Assembly (NCBI GenBank): GCA_977018835.1 | Contig: OZ361257.1 | Span: 2,852,001 to 2,916,000, forward strand | DNA length: 64,000 nucleotides | Direction of reading: 5' to 3' | Source: Minutocellus sp. GHC0000111 | Lineage: Eukaryota | Shown here: in pieces, positions 11,771 to 25,962 of the stretch | Layout: every line of letters starts with the position of its first letter | Position numbering within the stretch: the first letter of the stretch is position 1 | Program-made: the position numbers and the translations under genes | The notes under the pieces: generated by a model | Told to the model about the DNA's origin: nothing | The model's input: the letters and a program-made list of their open reading frames with translations, nothing else | Databases searched by the model: none

Positions 11771-13076
11771 ATGCCGTCGCCGCCGGCCAGTATTAACCGA
11801 CCTAAGAATCATCTCATCGTCGACGCGACAAAGCCATATAGCTTCAGTTTCCTCAAGTATGGTCGCGAAGAGAAGGTGACGGTTGATCAGACGGCAGAGG
11901 AGGCCACATGGCGTGAGTTTGCAAGTGACTACTGTGATGAAAAGTTTCTCTCACTCGCGCTCTGCTAGCTCGCCGTATCTTCAAATGCAGAGTGTTGCTC
12001 TGACGAATACATGTCAGGATATTAGAAACACCGCTCAACCAATGAATTTTACATGCTCACGCTCGAACTAAATCAATGCTATGTGTTACGTCCACGCTAA
12101 TCCATCATTTCATCTGTATCCATTTTGTTTTCGACGGATCTTTCCATCTCCATACCGCCTTTGTTTGTGTCGACGAACAATCCAAATCAAAACAAAACTT
12201 TGCCTTATGTCCACGAAAAATAGCGGGAGGCGCACTATGGGATGTTGGCGTATTGATGGCCAAACTGCTCGTCATGGCGACTAGTCCTCCTCCTCCACCA
12301 AACTCGCGAGAGCCGTTCATCCCCCGGCTTGTTGCTCCGGGAGTTTGGGGCCCGGTATCTTGGAGAGAACGGCGCGTCCTCGAGTTGGGTTGTGGCGTCG
12401 GCCTCACAGGATTGGTGGCGGGAGCAGTAGGGGCAAGAGCGGTGCTGCTCACGGATCTCAAAGCTGTAGTGGAGGGAATCACGCAACGGAACGTCGAACA
12501 CAATTCTCATTTGGGGGGTAATGGTGGTGCCAAAATAAGCGCAATGCCACTGTGTTGGGGAAACGCCGATGATGAGACAGCGGCTGCTCAGGAGTTGGAT
12601 CGATTGGCTCCTCCACTTCTGCCGAACGAAAAGGCTGGCGGGAGAAAGAAGAAGAAGAAATCCAAGTTGAAAGTTGGGAAACGAGATAGTGACGCTGCGT
12701 GCACGGGGAACTTACCTCTGTCTTCATCAACATCAACAAGAGAGGGAATGCCAGCATTTTGCTTATTGGTGATGTCGCCTATCAGCACCGGCCGGGGAGT
12801 GAGTCACACTTTGACATACTCATGTCCACCGTTCTGCGCTTTACCGACAGTCAGACATTAGTGGTCTTTGGAACGCGAATGCGAATGCCCGCATCAGCGG
12901 ACTTATTGGAAATGTTTCGAAAGCATTTTGATGAGATTGTTGAGCCGATAGAGGCGCATGAAATAGACAAGTCCTTCGCTTCCGCAAATCTAGGAAGGAA
13001 GCACAATATAACGATTCATTTGCTAAGAAGAAAGAATGACGAGGTGGGGCCCGAAGAAGTTGGCGAGTTTGGCTAG
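11771..13076 (+). CDS. METTL21-like methyltransferase, copy 2 (same frameshift)
   Basis: Near-identical to 1712-3017. Confidence 0.8.
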
Positions 13077-13863
13077 CTACATACTCTAGCTACAGTAGCT
13101 ACCTAGGTACATGTATAACGATTTTCTACGTAGACGTTTATTGGATCGACATAATCAGAAGATGAGAAGCGAAGAAAGTAGGACAAGCAAAACCAGCCGC
13201 AGATAATTACTCATAGCGCCGTTCAGGTCCACTTCTAAATCCTCTAAACTGCTCGTAGTAACCATATTCTCGACTCGAATGACGAGCCGAGAATCCGTCA
13301 CTATCAGAGCACCTACCAGTTTCAAAATGATTCTTTGCCTCCTCAGCGACCCTGGCTGCCTCTCCTCTCGAGCCTCGAACAAAGTGCAGTCGTGATCTCT
13401 TATGCAGAGAGAGACCACGGGCAATGGCACCAGCAATCGCTCGACGATAAAGGTGTAAGGTGACAGAATATGCTCCACCCTTTACCTCGGTCTCAAAAAT
13501 CGGAGAGTTATATACTGCATCACCCCGAGCTACCGCCATGCGAGCCTAGGTACATGTAGCTAGATCTACGTAGCTAGAGCGTACCTAGGTACACGTAGAT
13601 CTAGCTAGCTACTGTAGCTAGAATATGTACTTAGCTTGCTAGCTAAATTGGTGTAGCATAGAAAACATGCATGTAGGCAAGCTAGAGCGTACACGTAGCT
13701 AGCCACCAGTTGAGCAGCTGACGTATCATGTAGTTGTACTACGTAGCTAGCTAGCTAGCTAGAGAGAAATAAAGCAATTTTGAACATGTATTCTTTCTCT
13801 ATTATCTCGTGATTTCATGTGTTTTACAGGTAGAGTCTAGCACACCAGCACAGCTGTACCAGC

Positions 13864-14313
13864 ATTCCCGCCGTTGCATCGACGAATGCCATCGTTGCTG
13901 CCGCTTGTGTGAATGAGACTGTCAAGCTTCTCACCTTCTGCTCCCAGTCGCTCAACACATACATGATGTATATGGGTTCGCAAGGAGTTTACTCGCACAC
14001 GTTCGTTTACGAGCAAAAGGCAGATTGTCCCGTTTGTACCTCCACCGTCCGTAAAATGACCATCGGTGCTCAGACCAGTCTCAATGAACTCATGCAGCAG
14101 CTGCGTGATGGCGATCTCCGTCTCAAGTCTCCCAGTATCACATCGGGCTCGGGCAAGACGCTGTACATGCAAAAGCCACCTGCTCTCGAGAAGGCAACGA
14201 GGCCCAACCTTGATAAGCCTCTCTCAACCCTAATTGCGAATGGTGAAGAGCTAGCTGTGACGGACCCCATGTTCCCCGATATCAATCTCACTCTTTCGAT
14301 CACATGGGAATAA
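13864..14313 (+). pseudogene. UBA3: UBA3 3' fragment, copy 2
   Basis: Near-identical to 3805-4254. Confidence 0.85.
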
Positions 14314-14728
14314 TGCCTGTATCTTCTAGTAGCTACGCAGCTAGAGCTAGATAGTCTAGCTAGAGCTAGTTCTAGCTAGAGATATTTACTACGTAGTAAT
14401 GAGAAAAGTTTTCAGAGAATAATGCTCATTATTATAGTAGTATGTTGTAGAACGATCACCTAACTCGCCTACTACGTAGCTAGTGACATTCTTTGCTGAT
14501 ATGTGATATGTTTTAGATCTACTTACAATGACGTTTTGGCAAATTGACTTGCCTCTTCATTGTGTTTATACTCATCGAATAGGACATCGCACTCTAAACA
14601 AACCCGAGAAGGAAAGCGTCGTCCTTACTGCGCTTCTTCTTCAGAAGGCGGTGGAGGACATGTGTGCTGAAATCCGAACCAATCGAATACCTACGTAAGA
14701 AAGACAGGAAGGTCTCAAATCAGAGCAT

Positions 14729-14843
14729 TTACTGAAGGGCGCCAATGATGGGGAGGTCAGCAACCATGCCAATCTCGTTGAGCTTCTCGTGGACCATGAG
14801 GCCGAGGATGCCCATCATGGCGGCACGGCCGTTGTTGAGCTCG

Positions 14844-14878
<35 letters not shown>

Positions 14879-15605
14879 GGAATCCCAGCCGAAGTCGAGG
14901 GCACCGTTGCGGAAATCGCCGGGGAACTCAGCCTCGCCAGTGACGTCCTTCATGACACCGAGCTCAAGGAAGCCAACGAAGAGGAAGATCTGGATCAGAC
15001 CAGCCTGGGGGATGGCGTTGGGGCCGAAGACGGCGGCGAGACCGTTGGGGAAGGAGTCGAAGGAGTTTCCAGCCTTGTCGATGGCTCCATCGAGGTGGAT
15101 GCCTGCACGGGTGACAATCTGGCCAAGGAAGGCCTGCAAAAAGAAGGTGAAATCATCGTGGCGAGGTGGAATTTTGCGTGAGATGAGGCATTCTTGTGGG
15201 AATATAGAGGAACCAAAAAAATACTAGTAAATATTCCGATAATTATGGTAATTGCATCAGAGCAATTCTTTGCCATATCTTTGTGCTTTTTTCAAGGGTG
15301 AAGTCCACAATGAAGCATTTTCACAACGAACAACAACTTTTAGCACATGAAAGCAAGTGGGATATTTCGGGGTCACTCACAAGCTGGCAGATACGGCCGT
15401 GCTTGACCTCGACGTAACGGAGGCGGTCGAAGCGCTCCTGGTCGGCATCCTCAAGAAGGCCGAGAGGATCGAAGAAGCCGAGGGGGGGCTGGGCGCCGAG
15501 CTCAGACTCGAAGGCCTTGAGGGCGGTGGAGGAGGCACCCTGCTGGGCAGGAGCAAAGGCCGAGGCGCCGGCGATGAGGGAGGCAATGGCAGCAAGCTTG
15601 AACAT
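14729..15605 (-). CDS. LHCF: Fucoxanthin-chlorophyll a/c binding protein, copy 2
   Basis: Near-identical to 4670-5546. Confidence 0.97.
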
Positions 15606-15977
15606 GGTTGGTTGATTGGATGTTGATGAGAACAAAAGTGAGGATCTCATCAGATCGCGCCAGCCATTTGCTGCATTTGGCACTGCCGATCTTCGCGCCT
15701 CATCGCTTTCAACTTGAGGTACTGGTGGATATACTTCAATATTCAGAGACCCGGAGGTGCTTGCCATGGCAATCGAATGAATCAACAACGAATCATCATC
15801 GAAAGATTCGAAATCGAGCAATGATGGTAGTCTCGAATCATCCATTTCAATCGAATCAATGCCATGGAAATCATCAATCCGTCGTAGATTGCAACATGCA
15901 TGTACGTGTAGAGTCTACATGGAAACAGCGTTGCCACGTAGGACCGGATGCGGAACTATTTGCTATTTAAAAAGTCT

Positions 15978-16461
15978 CTAAACGTCAAACTTTTCTAGAT
16001 CTAGATCGCCTGCCCATGTGGTTGTGAAGGATCCGTAGCTGATTTCAGATGCTGTCGATGTGTACGCAATGTCATAAGCGATATCATAGGAGATTCTGCC
16101 AGCGTTGCTGCCACTTTCTACAAAGACACCTCCACCAGCGCTGTAACCTAGTCTCCTTTTTGCCACTTTTCCCGCCGTAAATGCCCCCAGAAGGATAGCA
16201 GCCGAAGCAGAAACAGACACAACATTGGCTAGTTTGGCATGATCGACCTTGTCGAGTACCATTTCTTGCTCAGTCGCTATGTTGTGCAGCACTGCTTCCC
16301 CTTGGTCTTTCAGCACAACTGAAACTGGTCTTCTTTGCCCCATGTCATCAACAATCCTATCCCTTCTACTACTAGCATCGCTCGATACAATCTGATGGGC
16401 ACTCGAGGGGTGCTCAACAATGCTTGTGCGTGTCCCTCCCATGGAATTTGCATCAGCATTT
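15978..16461 (-). pseudogene. Unknown 3' gene stub, copy 2
   Basis: Near-identical to 5919-6402. Confidence 0.5.
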
Positions 16462-16463
16462 TC

Positions 16464-17040
16464 TTAAGAAGGACGCCTCGTGTCCTTACTGTGCAGGGTG
16501 ATTTGAAAGCCATAACAGGGAAGTACTTGGAAGAGTCAGGCAGAGCCAGTCCAAATCCAAGATGAAGAGGACGACGATGATGCCTTCTTTGATAGCTTTT
16601 TCAGAAAGGAGCTTGGGGAGAATTACGAAGAGAAGTTTGCGGTTGCGAATGACGAGATCGATGCGGACAAACTGCTCGACCTTTTCAATATGCCCGGCCT
16701 TGGCACCGAGGAGGATAATGACGAGGCCATCAAAGGATTACTGGATGAAATCGCTTCTGATAGTCAAGGTAGATCACAATCAACAGACAGAATGATCAGC
16801 ATTGCTAACGACGGAGCTAAAGCGCTTCCACTCTTTCCCTTTACATCGCCAGAGGGAAAGTCATATGCCTTTGTTCAGTTCAAAGAAAGTCCCTTGCTTG
16901 TCGGAAAAGAGGACCCAAAGATCGACAATACGCAACGACTTTTGCTGGACTCCACGGAGGCATCACTGATTCTGCCGAGAATAGAGGAGCAGCTAAAGGA
17001 GGAGCTTGCGTGTGTGATTGATCAGGAGGAAGAAATTTAG
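16464..17040 (+). pseudogene. Unknown acidic gene stub, copy 2, with an extra 2-bp deletion (gaagagagtc to gaagagtc)
   Basis: Near-identical to 6405-6983 apart from the frameshift at about 16533. Confidence 0.55.
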
Positions 17041-17726
17041 GTTGGTAACAATAATTTTTTGCCTTTTTTAGACAGAATCAATCGCCTCATCTAATAAACA
17101 TGACTGACTGAGTCTAATGCAAGTTGCATGGAAGTTGCAGTCCAAGTGTACCTAGCTACGTAGGTAAGTACATGTATGTTCGCTGCGGCACCTCCATGAA
17201 TCGATGTGGGATGATTGCCGCTGGGGAGCAGATCACATACATGTGTACCACTTTATCGATTGATTCTTCTTTCTCAATCAATCAAGATCCGCCCGATGTC
17301 AAAGCAATCTCGACTCTCGGGGAGATCTAGCTACGTACACGTAGGAATTCCTACCAGTACTCGTGAGTATATTATTCAGGGCTTCTTTTGACTCGACACT
17401 TGGAACTGCCTGTACACTGTATTGTATGGGTCGCATTCCGCGTACATGCTGCCGTACCTAGCTAGGCCAACCATCCAACAGTCAGTGAATGTGGAGAAAA
17501 ATTGCGGTGGCGAAACGTTGGGTTTCTACGCAGCTACGTAGATTTGATCTTCTACAGGTACAAACTAGCAAATGTAGATTTTAGCATTCCTCTCATGGAT
17601 TTAATTCTGCGCGCGGGAAAATGAAAACGAATTAAGCAAGAATGCTTTTGTGAAGATGATACCAGCAATACGTCGTATTGCGTTGTCACTTTATGGAACT
17701 GTTTATACAAAGTCTATTGTTATTGC

Positions 17727-18159
17727 TTACGAACGGGGCTTCTCCTTCTTCTCCTTTGTAGAGGGCAAGGAGGGAGACACCGGCAACCTTGCAGACCTTG
17801 AATCGGACACCGGGAATATCACCAACGGCGTGGCCGGATCGGCCGAAACCAGAGATGAGGACCTCGTCGTTCTCGTCGACATAGTTGAGGCAACCATCGC
17901 GGGGGACGAAGGCGGCGATCTTCTTGCCGTTCTTGATGAGCTGAACACGGACGCACTTACGGATAGCGGAGTTGGGCTGCTTGGCCTCGATGCCAATCTT
18001 CTCGAGCACGATGCCCTTGGCCATGGTGGCTCCACCCATGGGGTTGGCCTTCATGGCGGTGATGGAGTGGGCCTTGCAGTACTTCTGATCCCTCCAGCGC
18101 TGAGTGCGCCTGTGAGTTCGGAGCTTGCGGCCGGTGTTGATTCCCTGAGGCTTGCCCAT
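17727..18159 (-). CDS. RPS23: 40S ribosomal protein S23, copy 2, with a 1-bp T insertion near the 3' end (error or copy-specific lesion)
   Basis: Identical to copy 1 except 'ctcctttgta' versus 'ctccttgta' at about 17755. Confidence 0.9.
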
Positions 18160-18288
18160 CTTGTATTCTCCCCTCTTGTGTCTGCTAAAAAGATGAAGTT
18201 ACGTGCAACGATATTGCAACGACTGCGATTTTATTGCGAGAGATGAGGAGAAAGAAAGGAAAAGAGCAGGTTAGTAAACAACGCTGAT

Positions 18289-18508
18289 TCAGATGATCTT
18301 GCTTTTGATCAACACGCGGTCATCATGGGCCACTAGTAGTCCGCTGGCGGCAAACCCACTCCAGGCAACACCGAAGTCATCCTTCAACCGCCTTCTTCCC
18401 GGAAAAAAGCGATATCGCTCGACCGAAAAAGGGAAAGTCTCCCGACCGAAGAGGATCAATCTCGGCATTTCAACCATCCAAAAGCCTATCGTCGCAGCAT
18501 CTCATCAC
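18289..18508 (-). ncRNA. Candidate intronic box C/D snoRNA, copy 2
   Basis: Copy of 8231-8450. Confidence 0.5.
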
Positions 18509-19296
18509 AGTGGGAGGGAGGGAAAGCCAAGAGAAGCATACTGGGCAATAACCCATAACCCATCTGTACCTGGGCGGACGATCGATCGATCTTTGCGCTT
18601 TATCGAGTTGCCACCAATGCCAACGTACGATCACCACAAAACACTGACTGACTGATAGAGCAACCACACCAACGCTAATCCGAGGAGAGACGAAGCCAAA
18701 GGCCACGAGGAGATGCCGCTACTACGCACCTGAAGCGATGAAAGACGGAGGCGGGAGCAATTGGGTTCTGAGCACAATGCTTGAATCGAGTCGAGTCAGT
18801 CGACTAGAAAACTTACATTCTTACTAAAGTAGCTACCAATATCCTTATCTTTAAATTATTAAAGGGATTGTCGGACTTCCGGGAAGCACCTACATACAAA
18901 TCTGAGCACTCTTTCCTGCCGCCAAACCGCAGCACATGGCAGGCAATCAATGCGGCGGTAGCATCTCTTGATCTACATTACACTGCATGCGCGTTCTATA
19001 CAGAAATATTGCGGTAACGGTGCCGGTACCGGTAGACCTACCATGCATGCCGCCGTGTGTTGTCCTTGTGTTTGAGATTGTGTGAGATCGATCGAATCTG
19101 CAAATCAAAATTATCTGATCTGATACCGACCGGTAGATCTAGTAGATCTAGATCTAGATGTCATTTTTAGACTCTTACTTTTCCGGATCTACTTGTAGTA
19201 GGATTCCTATACATGTAGATGTCTTTTATGTCTTTTTGAGAATCCATAGCTACGTACTGTACCGGCAGTAGTCTCTAGATCTAGCTCGTAGTAGAT

Positions 19297-21568
19297 CTAC
19301 ATATCGGCATGTTCGTGCCACTCCTGCACAAGTTCCATGGCCTTTTCATCGCCGATACCCTGCCATCTTATCAGTTGCTTTCCTTCCGCCTTGCGCTTGA
19401 TACGATAGCAAACGGCCCCCATCACCACCATAAGGCCAAGAAAGCCAGTCGATCCTACCTCATGGCCGTATAAAATGCACGAAAGAGCAATGCTGAGGAG
19501 TACCCTTGTTGTCATGATGGCAAAAACGACGGCACCAAAGTTCTTAATGGTGTAAAAGATGAACAGCTGGCCAATCGTAGAGCAGATAGAAAAGAGGAAG
19601 AAATGGAGATGAATCTCTGAGTGCTGAACTACAAAACTAAGTGCGGGGCCGAGCTCTTTTGTGTGAACCAGTGTGATGAAAGACAAGACCGTCGAGAAAG
19701 CCGATGTGGCAAACATGAGCTCAATCATCGACAAGTCCCGATGCCGTTGGAACATACGGCTTTGCCACTGACTAGTGAAGCTATCAAAAAAGAGGAAGAA
19801 TCCAAGTAGCATGACCCCCGTCCATGCCGCCGATGCCTTGTCGCCGTGGACATCGTATCCAAATTCCAAATCTTCCGAACCTGACATGAACATCGTGATG
19901 CCCAGACCAATGAATAAGGCGACGACGTAATCGTACTGGGGATATTCCTTGTTGCCTAACATCTTGCCCATAGCCATTACGGGCGCCAATTTGAATGATT
20001 TAAACAGTGTGGCGGCTGGGAACGAAACATACTTGAGCGCCTCGTACTGGCACCAACTGCTAAGCATATTCGATATCGAAGGAAAAGAGTACTCATAGAT
20101 AATGGTGCTCTTGGACCGTCGAGGCTTTAGGTAGAGAAGCAGACCACCCGACATGATGAGAGTCCAGAAACGATTGGTAAAGACAAGAGCATAGGAATAA
20201 GTGAAGTATTCTCCAGTGATGCGAGGGTATCGCCTTGTGAGCATTCGTTCCTGCACATGATCAAATATGAGAATATTGGTGGGCAAAGTTAGACGCAGAT
20301 ACTACGCAGATCGAGGAAGATCACAACGGCATTGATACTGGGTCAACGTTTCGACCTCCAAGGATCCAACATCCAAAACATCGGACACAGAAGTACTAGC
20401 TAGACTACTAGCTAGATCTGCGTTGCCAATTATCAATGCGACGCACCTGTAGAACGCCCCACGTCACGAAAGTAAGGTTCAACATGAGGACGCAGAGGCC
20501 GAGCCGCTTCATAACGTCATTACGACTCGTTGTTGTTTGATCGAATTCGAGAAAGTTTCCACCGCTGATTGCCCGTTTCCGCCCATTAATTTTGTTTCGC
20601 CGGCGATGAGGAGTCGACCCGTCAACACCAGCCTCCGGCTCTTCCATTTCGAGGAGCAGTCCATCGGACTCGGATTCCTCGTCGGAAGATCCTACTTCGT
20701 CTTCGTCGCTACTAAAGTCCTCTTCATCCTCTTCATCGGCGCCCTCCATCGAGCTTTCATCCTCGTTATCGGAGCTGTAGTAAGACGACATATTCTTGCC
20801 CTCTTCCCCTCCTTCATCATCCTCGGTAGTGCTACCTCTGCGACTTCCGCTGCTCCGCACTCGCACATACGACATTCGCGAGCTGGACGCTCCCTGGCTC
20901 TCGGCACTTCCTCGCTCAAGCGACTCAGGAAAATAAATCTTGCACACCATGGTCGTGATGATTACCATCGCAACGTCTACGATATTGGTCGGCATTGGAG
21001 GGGACAAAGAAACGGAGGGGGTTAGCAATGACTCACTCTAAAAAGTGTATTCATCAACGCTTTTCGCATTGCTTGCGAACACTTGTTGTTTCACATTTGA
21101 CTAGCTACGTAGCTAGAGTAAATGCGTTTGTCACATGTATGCTCTGCACATCTCCTTAGCATTGCACATTCGTGCCGACTGGTCGTACTGCGAAGTGCAG
21201 ATTATAGTATGACAGGACAAACCCCTTTCCAATTCCGCAATACATTTGTGTGTAATGTACTCGCACTCACACAACAAGAAGTTGGTCGCCAGGAGAAACA
21301 ATTCGGCCTCGGCTGTAGGACTCAAGAGGGGACTGGAAGAGTCCGGGACGGCACCCCCGAACTGCTGCTCGTGTGGTGTACCGGGCCGCTCTCCGTACAG
21401 ACCGCCGGAGGTGTAGTCGGCCCCGGCCTCGGCGTTGGAGGTATCGGCCGCTAGGTGGGCAAAGTCATCGTCTTCGCCCGCCTCCCCTGCTGCACCGGCA
21501 GTTGCGCCGGCGAGCTGACGGAGCAGCTTCCGCGGTGCGGTAGCCGACGCCAGCGTAATAAAATCCAT
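19297..21568 (-). CDS. PAPS/UAA-family transporter (SLC35B2-like), copy 3
   Basis: Near-identical to 9239-11510, with one D>S change (PALDF to PALSF). Confidence 0.9.
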
Positions 21569-21828
21569 GATATGTTACAGCAGACTAGTGCAAAGGGGAC
21601 ATAAAAATTCTGGCTGGGGCTAGCTAAGCCAGGATGCAATAAGCTGTAAGGCCAAGATGGATTTGCAATGACCGCGTCGCTCATGATGGCGGTTTCCGCC
21701 AACAACAACATGCGTTGAGCATTTTAGCTTGTGATAGGGATGTCCCAGAAGATAAACAAGCTTAAACCCTGGTATGTCGGCAAGTGTCAATACGCCCACA
21801 ACTAACTTCACCCCACACCCCAGCCACC

Positions 21829-23134
21829 ATGCCGTCGCCGCCGGCCAGTATTAACCGACCTAAGAATCATCTCATCGTCGACGCGACAAAGCCATATAGC
21901 TTCAGTTTCCTCAAGTATGGTCGCGAAGAGAAGGTGACGGTTGATCAGACGGCAGAGGAGGCCACATGGCGTGAGTTTGCAAGTGACTACTGTGATGAAA
22001 AGTTTCTCTCACTCGCGCTCTGCTAGCTCGCCGTATCTTCAAATGCAGAGTGTTGCTCTGACGAATACATGTCAGGATATTAGAAACACCGCTCAACCAA
22101 TGAATTTTACATGCTCACGCTCGAACTAAATCAATGCTATGTGTTACGTCCACGCTAATCCATCATTTCATCTGTATCCATTTTGTTTTCGACGGATCTT
22201 TCCATCTCCATACCGCCTTTGTTTGTGTCGACGAACAATCCAAATCAAAACAAAACTTTGCCTTATGTCCACGAAAAATAGCGGGAGGCGCACTATGGGA
22301 TGTTGGCGTATTGATGGCCAAACTGCTCGTCATGGCGACTAGTCCTCCTCCTCCACCAAACTCGCGAGAGCCGTTCATCCCCCGGCTTGTTGCTCCGGGA
22401 GTTTGGGGCCCGGTATCTTGGAGAGAACGGCGCGTCCTCGAGTTGGGTTGTGGCGTCGGCCTCACAGGATTGGTGGCGGGAGCAGTAGGGGCAAGAGCGG
22501 TGCTGCTCACGGATCTCAAAGCTGTAGTGGAGGGAATCACGCAACGGAACGTCGAACACAATTCTCATTTGGGGGGTAATGGTGGTGCCAAAATAAGCGC
22601 AATGCCACTGTGTTGGGGAAACGCCGATGATGAGACAGCGGCTGCTCAGGAGTTGGATCGATTGGCTCCTCCACTTCTGCCGAACGAAAAGGCTGGCGGG
22701 AGAAAGAAGAAGAAGAAATCCAAGTTGAAAGTTGGGAAACGAGATAGTGACGCTGCGTGCACGGGGAACTTACCTCTGTCTTCATCAACATCAACAAGAG
22801 AGGGAATGCCAGCATTTTGCTTATTGGTGATGTCGCCTATCAGCACCGGCCGGGGAGTGAGTCACACTTTGACATACTCATGTCCACCGTTCTGCGCTTT
22901 ACCGACAGTCAGACATTAGTGGTCTTTGGAACGCGAATGCGAATGCCCGCATCAGCGGACTTATTGGAAATGTTTCGAAAGCATTTTGATGAGATTGTTG
23001 AGCCGATAGAGGCGCATGAAATAGACAAGTCCTTCGCTTCCGCAAATCTAGGAAGGAAGCACAATATAACGATTCATTTGCTAAGAAGAAAGAATGACGA
23101 GGTGGGGCCCGAAGAAGTTGGCGAGTTTGGCTAG
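21829..23134 (+). CDS. METTL21-like methyltransferase, copy 3 (same frameshift)
   Basis: Near-identical to 1712-3017. Confidence 0.8.
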
Positions 23135-24152
23135 CTACATACTCTAGCTACAGTAGCTACCTAGGTACATGTATAACGATTTTCTACGTAGACGTTTATT
23201 GGATCGACATAATCAGAAGATGAGAAGCGAAGAAAGTAGGACAAGCAAAACCAGCCGCAGATAATTACTCATAGCGCCGTTCAGGTCCACTTCTAAATCC
23301 TCTAAACTGCTCGTAGTAACCATATTCTCGACTCGAATGACGAGCCGAGAATCCGTCACTATCAGAGCACCTACCAGTTTCAAAATGATTCTTTGCCTCC
23401 TCAGCGACCCTGGCTGCCTCTCCTCTCGAGCCTCGAACAAAGTGCAGTCGTGATCTCTTATGCAGAGAGAGACCACGGGCAATGGCACCAGCAATCGCTC
23501 GACGATAAAGGTGTAAGGTGACAGAATATGCTCCACCCTTTACCTCGGTCTCAAAAATCGGAGAGTTATATACTGCATCACCCCGAGCTACCGCCATGCG
23601 AGCCTAGGTACATGTAGCTAGATCTACGTAGCTAGAGCGTACCTAGGTACACGTAGATCTAGCTAGCTACTGTAGCTAGAATATGTACTTAGCTTGCTAG
23701 CTAAATTGGTGTAGCATAGAAAACATGCATGTAGGCAAGCTAGAGCGTACACGTAGCTAGCCACCAGTTGAGCAGCTGACGTATCATGTAGTTGTACTAC
23801 GTAGCTAGCTAGCTAGCTAGAGAGAAATAAAGCAATTTTGAACATGTATTCTTTCTCTATTATCTCGTGATTTCATGTGTTTTACAGGTAGAGTCTAGCA
23901 CACCAGCACAGCTGTACCAGCCAGCATTACCATGATTGACGCATCAGTAGTAGACATGTGTACCTGCTGGTAGGCAGGTACGAGGCTCGTACATACATCT
24001 GCATCGTACATTTTTGAACAAAATAAAGATCTATCGCGAATGCATATGTCCCAGATTTCTCGGTTCCTCCCTCCAACCCCTTCATCAGCTTCCTACGATG
24101 CTAGACACACACCAAAATACCGACCAAGACTTCCGTATCAAGCAAAACTTTT

Positions 24153-25962
24153 CTAAACGTTGGTGCTTTCCATCTCAGTGCCATCATCGTCACTCTTGGG
24201 AAAAAGTTCCTCGTAAATCTTGGGCGTCATGAGAAGAGTACCGCACACCGTGCAACCAATGAGGAAGACCCAAACGGAACCCCAGCCGAAAGTCTCCTGC
24301 AGTGGACCGACGGCAAGAAGACCGATCGATGCAGTGATGGAACCTGTGCCATTAATAAGGCCGGTGACGGTGCCCAGAGACTTGTTGCTTCCACGGACAG
24401 AGGGGTGTGAAGCCAAATCAGCAGCGACGGCACTGGTAATGATGTTGTTGGGGCCACCGACGAGGATACCCATGATGCAAAGCATGACAAGTAGGGCGAC
24501 GGGGTGGAGTGTTTCGGAGGACGCGGCAAAGATGGACAGAAAGACAATGAGACAAGTCATGAAGACGCCAATCACCGAGGCACGGCGTCCACCAAACAGA
24601 TCGGAGACGAATCCGACGATGATGCCACCGGGCATCATACCAACGGAATAGCAGGCAGCGATCAGGTTGGCAGTGACAGGATCAAAGTTCTTTCCAAGGA
24701 AGTAGGGGAGCCAAAAGAAGAGGACATAGTTGGTCAGCTTGAAAAAGCCAAAGGCGACGGCGTACTGGGCAACCATAGGAATGCGGATGGCAGCAGCGTA
24801 ACTAATGGGCTTGGGGCCCTCGTCCTCGATGGTCTCGCCATCCTTGAGGTTGGCGCGGGCAGCCTCGAGCTTTGCCATGCGGATGCGGACCTCGTCGGTG
24901 ATAATGCCAACGTCGGCGGGGTCGGCAATGAGACGCATGGTGAGGAAACCCCATCCAAGATTGGTAAGGGAGGGGATGAGGAGGGCCCACCAGTATGGAA
25001 GGCCGATGCCAAGGACCCAAGCGGTACAAAGGGCAGCGGTGATGTCACCGCAGTACTGGTGGCAAGTCCAAAGCCCGAAGATGAGACCACGGTTCTTAAC
25101 ACTGTCTTTGTCACAGAACCAGTTGCCCATGACGGCAGTGCCTGTTGTATTTTTCGGTGGGCGGAACATCGAGAACGAAAACTTTGGTATTAGGGAGCAG
25201 AGCATGGCACATGAAATAAGAACCTACTAACTAGCAGCAATCTTTGCTGATTTGTACTAGACTAGTAATATGAAAATAAAAACTTACCAACAGGTCCACC
25301 GGTTGACTGGAAGAAGCCAAACATGAAGTAGACGGCCAGGATGAAGAAGTTGCCGAGCTGCTCGGAAAAGCCAACAAAGTCGAACCAAAGGCTAACGTTG
25401 ATGAGGAAAAGGCAGGCACCACTTCCGAACAGGCCGATGGCCAACACGGTGGTAGGGTTGAGGGTGTCGCCGAGCTTGCCGCTGACGATGTTGCCGACGG
25501 CGTAGGTGGCCATGAAGGTGGTGTCCATGGCGGATAGGATTAGGGATGAGTATCCGGCCTCATCCTGCAGCTGCTGCTTGACCGTGGAGTAGCACTTGCG
25601 GGAGAAATGCGCCATGAAATAGCCACCAAAGGTAACAAAGAACGCCCACCTTTGATGATCGCAAAACAAATGAAATGTGGCATATCGAAGTTCGTGAGAG
25701 ATGTGTGTCCGAGACAGAGAAAATCTGCCTATCCAAAGTAACTATGCAGCAGCAGTACCCCTTACTGCACAGGCTCTTGTTCCGGATAAACATGAAGCAA
25801 TTGTGCAATTTCAAGCAAGTTGAAGATTCGGACTTTTTATGCGGACGCGGCAGAACTAGGAACGATTCTTCCATTTACCGATACGTACCATTGGTAGGCC
25901 TTCAACCTCTTGAGGTGCTCATCTTCGCTCTTTCCAACGAGCGATGTGGTTTCGGATGCCAT
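24153..25962 (-). CDS. MFS glycerol-3-phosphate/sugar-phosphate exchanger (SLC37A/GlpT family)
   Basis: Three exons (MASETT...; WAFFVTFGGYFMAHFSRK...QSTGGP; TAVMGNWF...RGLIFGLWTCHQYCGDI...FFKLTNYVLFFWLP...GTVTGLINGTGS) with GT-AG introns. Confidence 0.92.

Larger units (their letters stand above)
1..23921. repeat. Tandem segmental amplification, unit ~10,058-10,059 bp (partial 1-3804; full 3805-13863; full 13864-23921)
   Basis: The ORF set and nucleotide sequence recur at offsets of about +10059 and +20117. Identity ends after 'gctgtaccagc' at 23921. Only scattered substitutions and small indels separate the copies. Confidence 0.97.
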
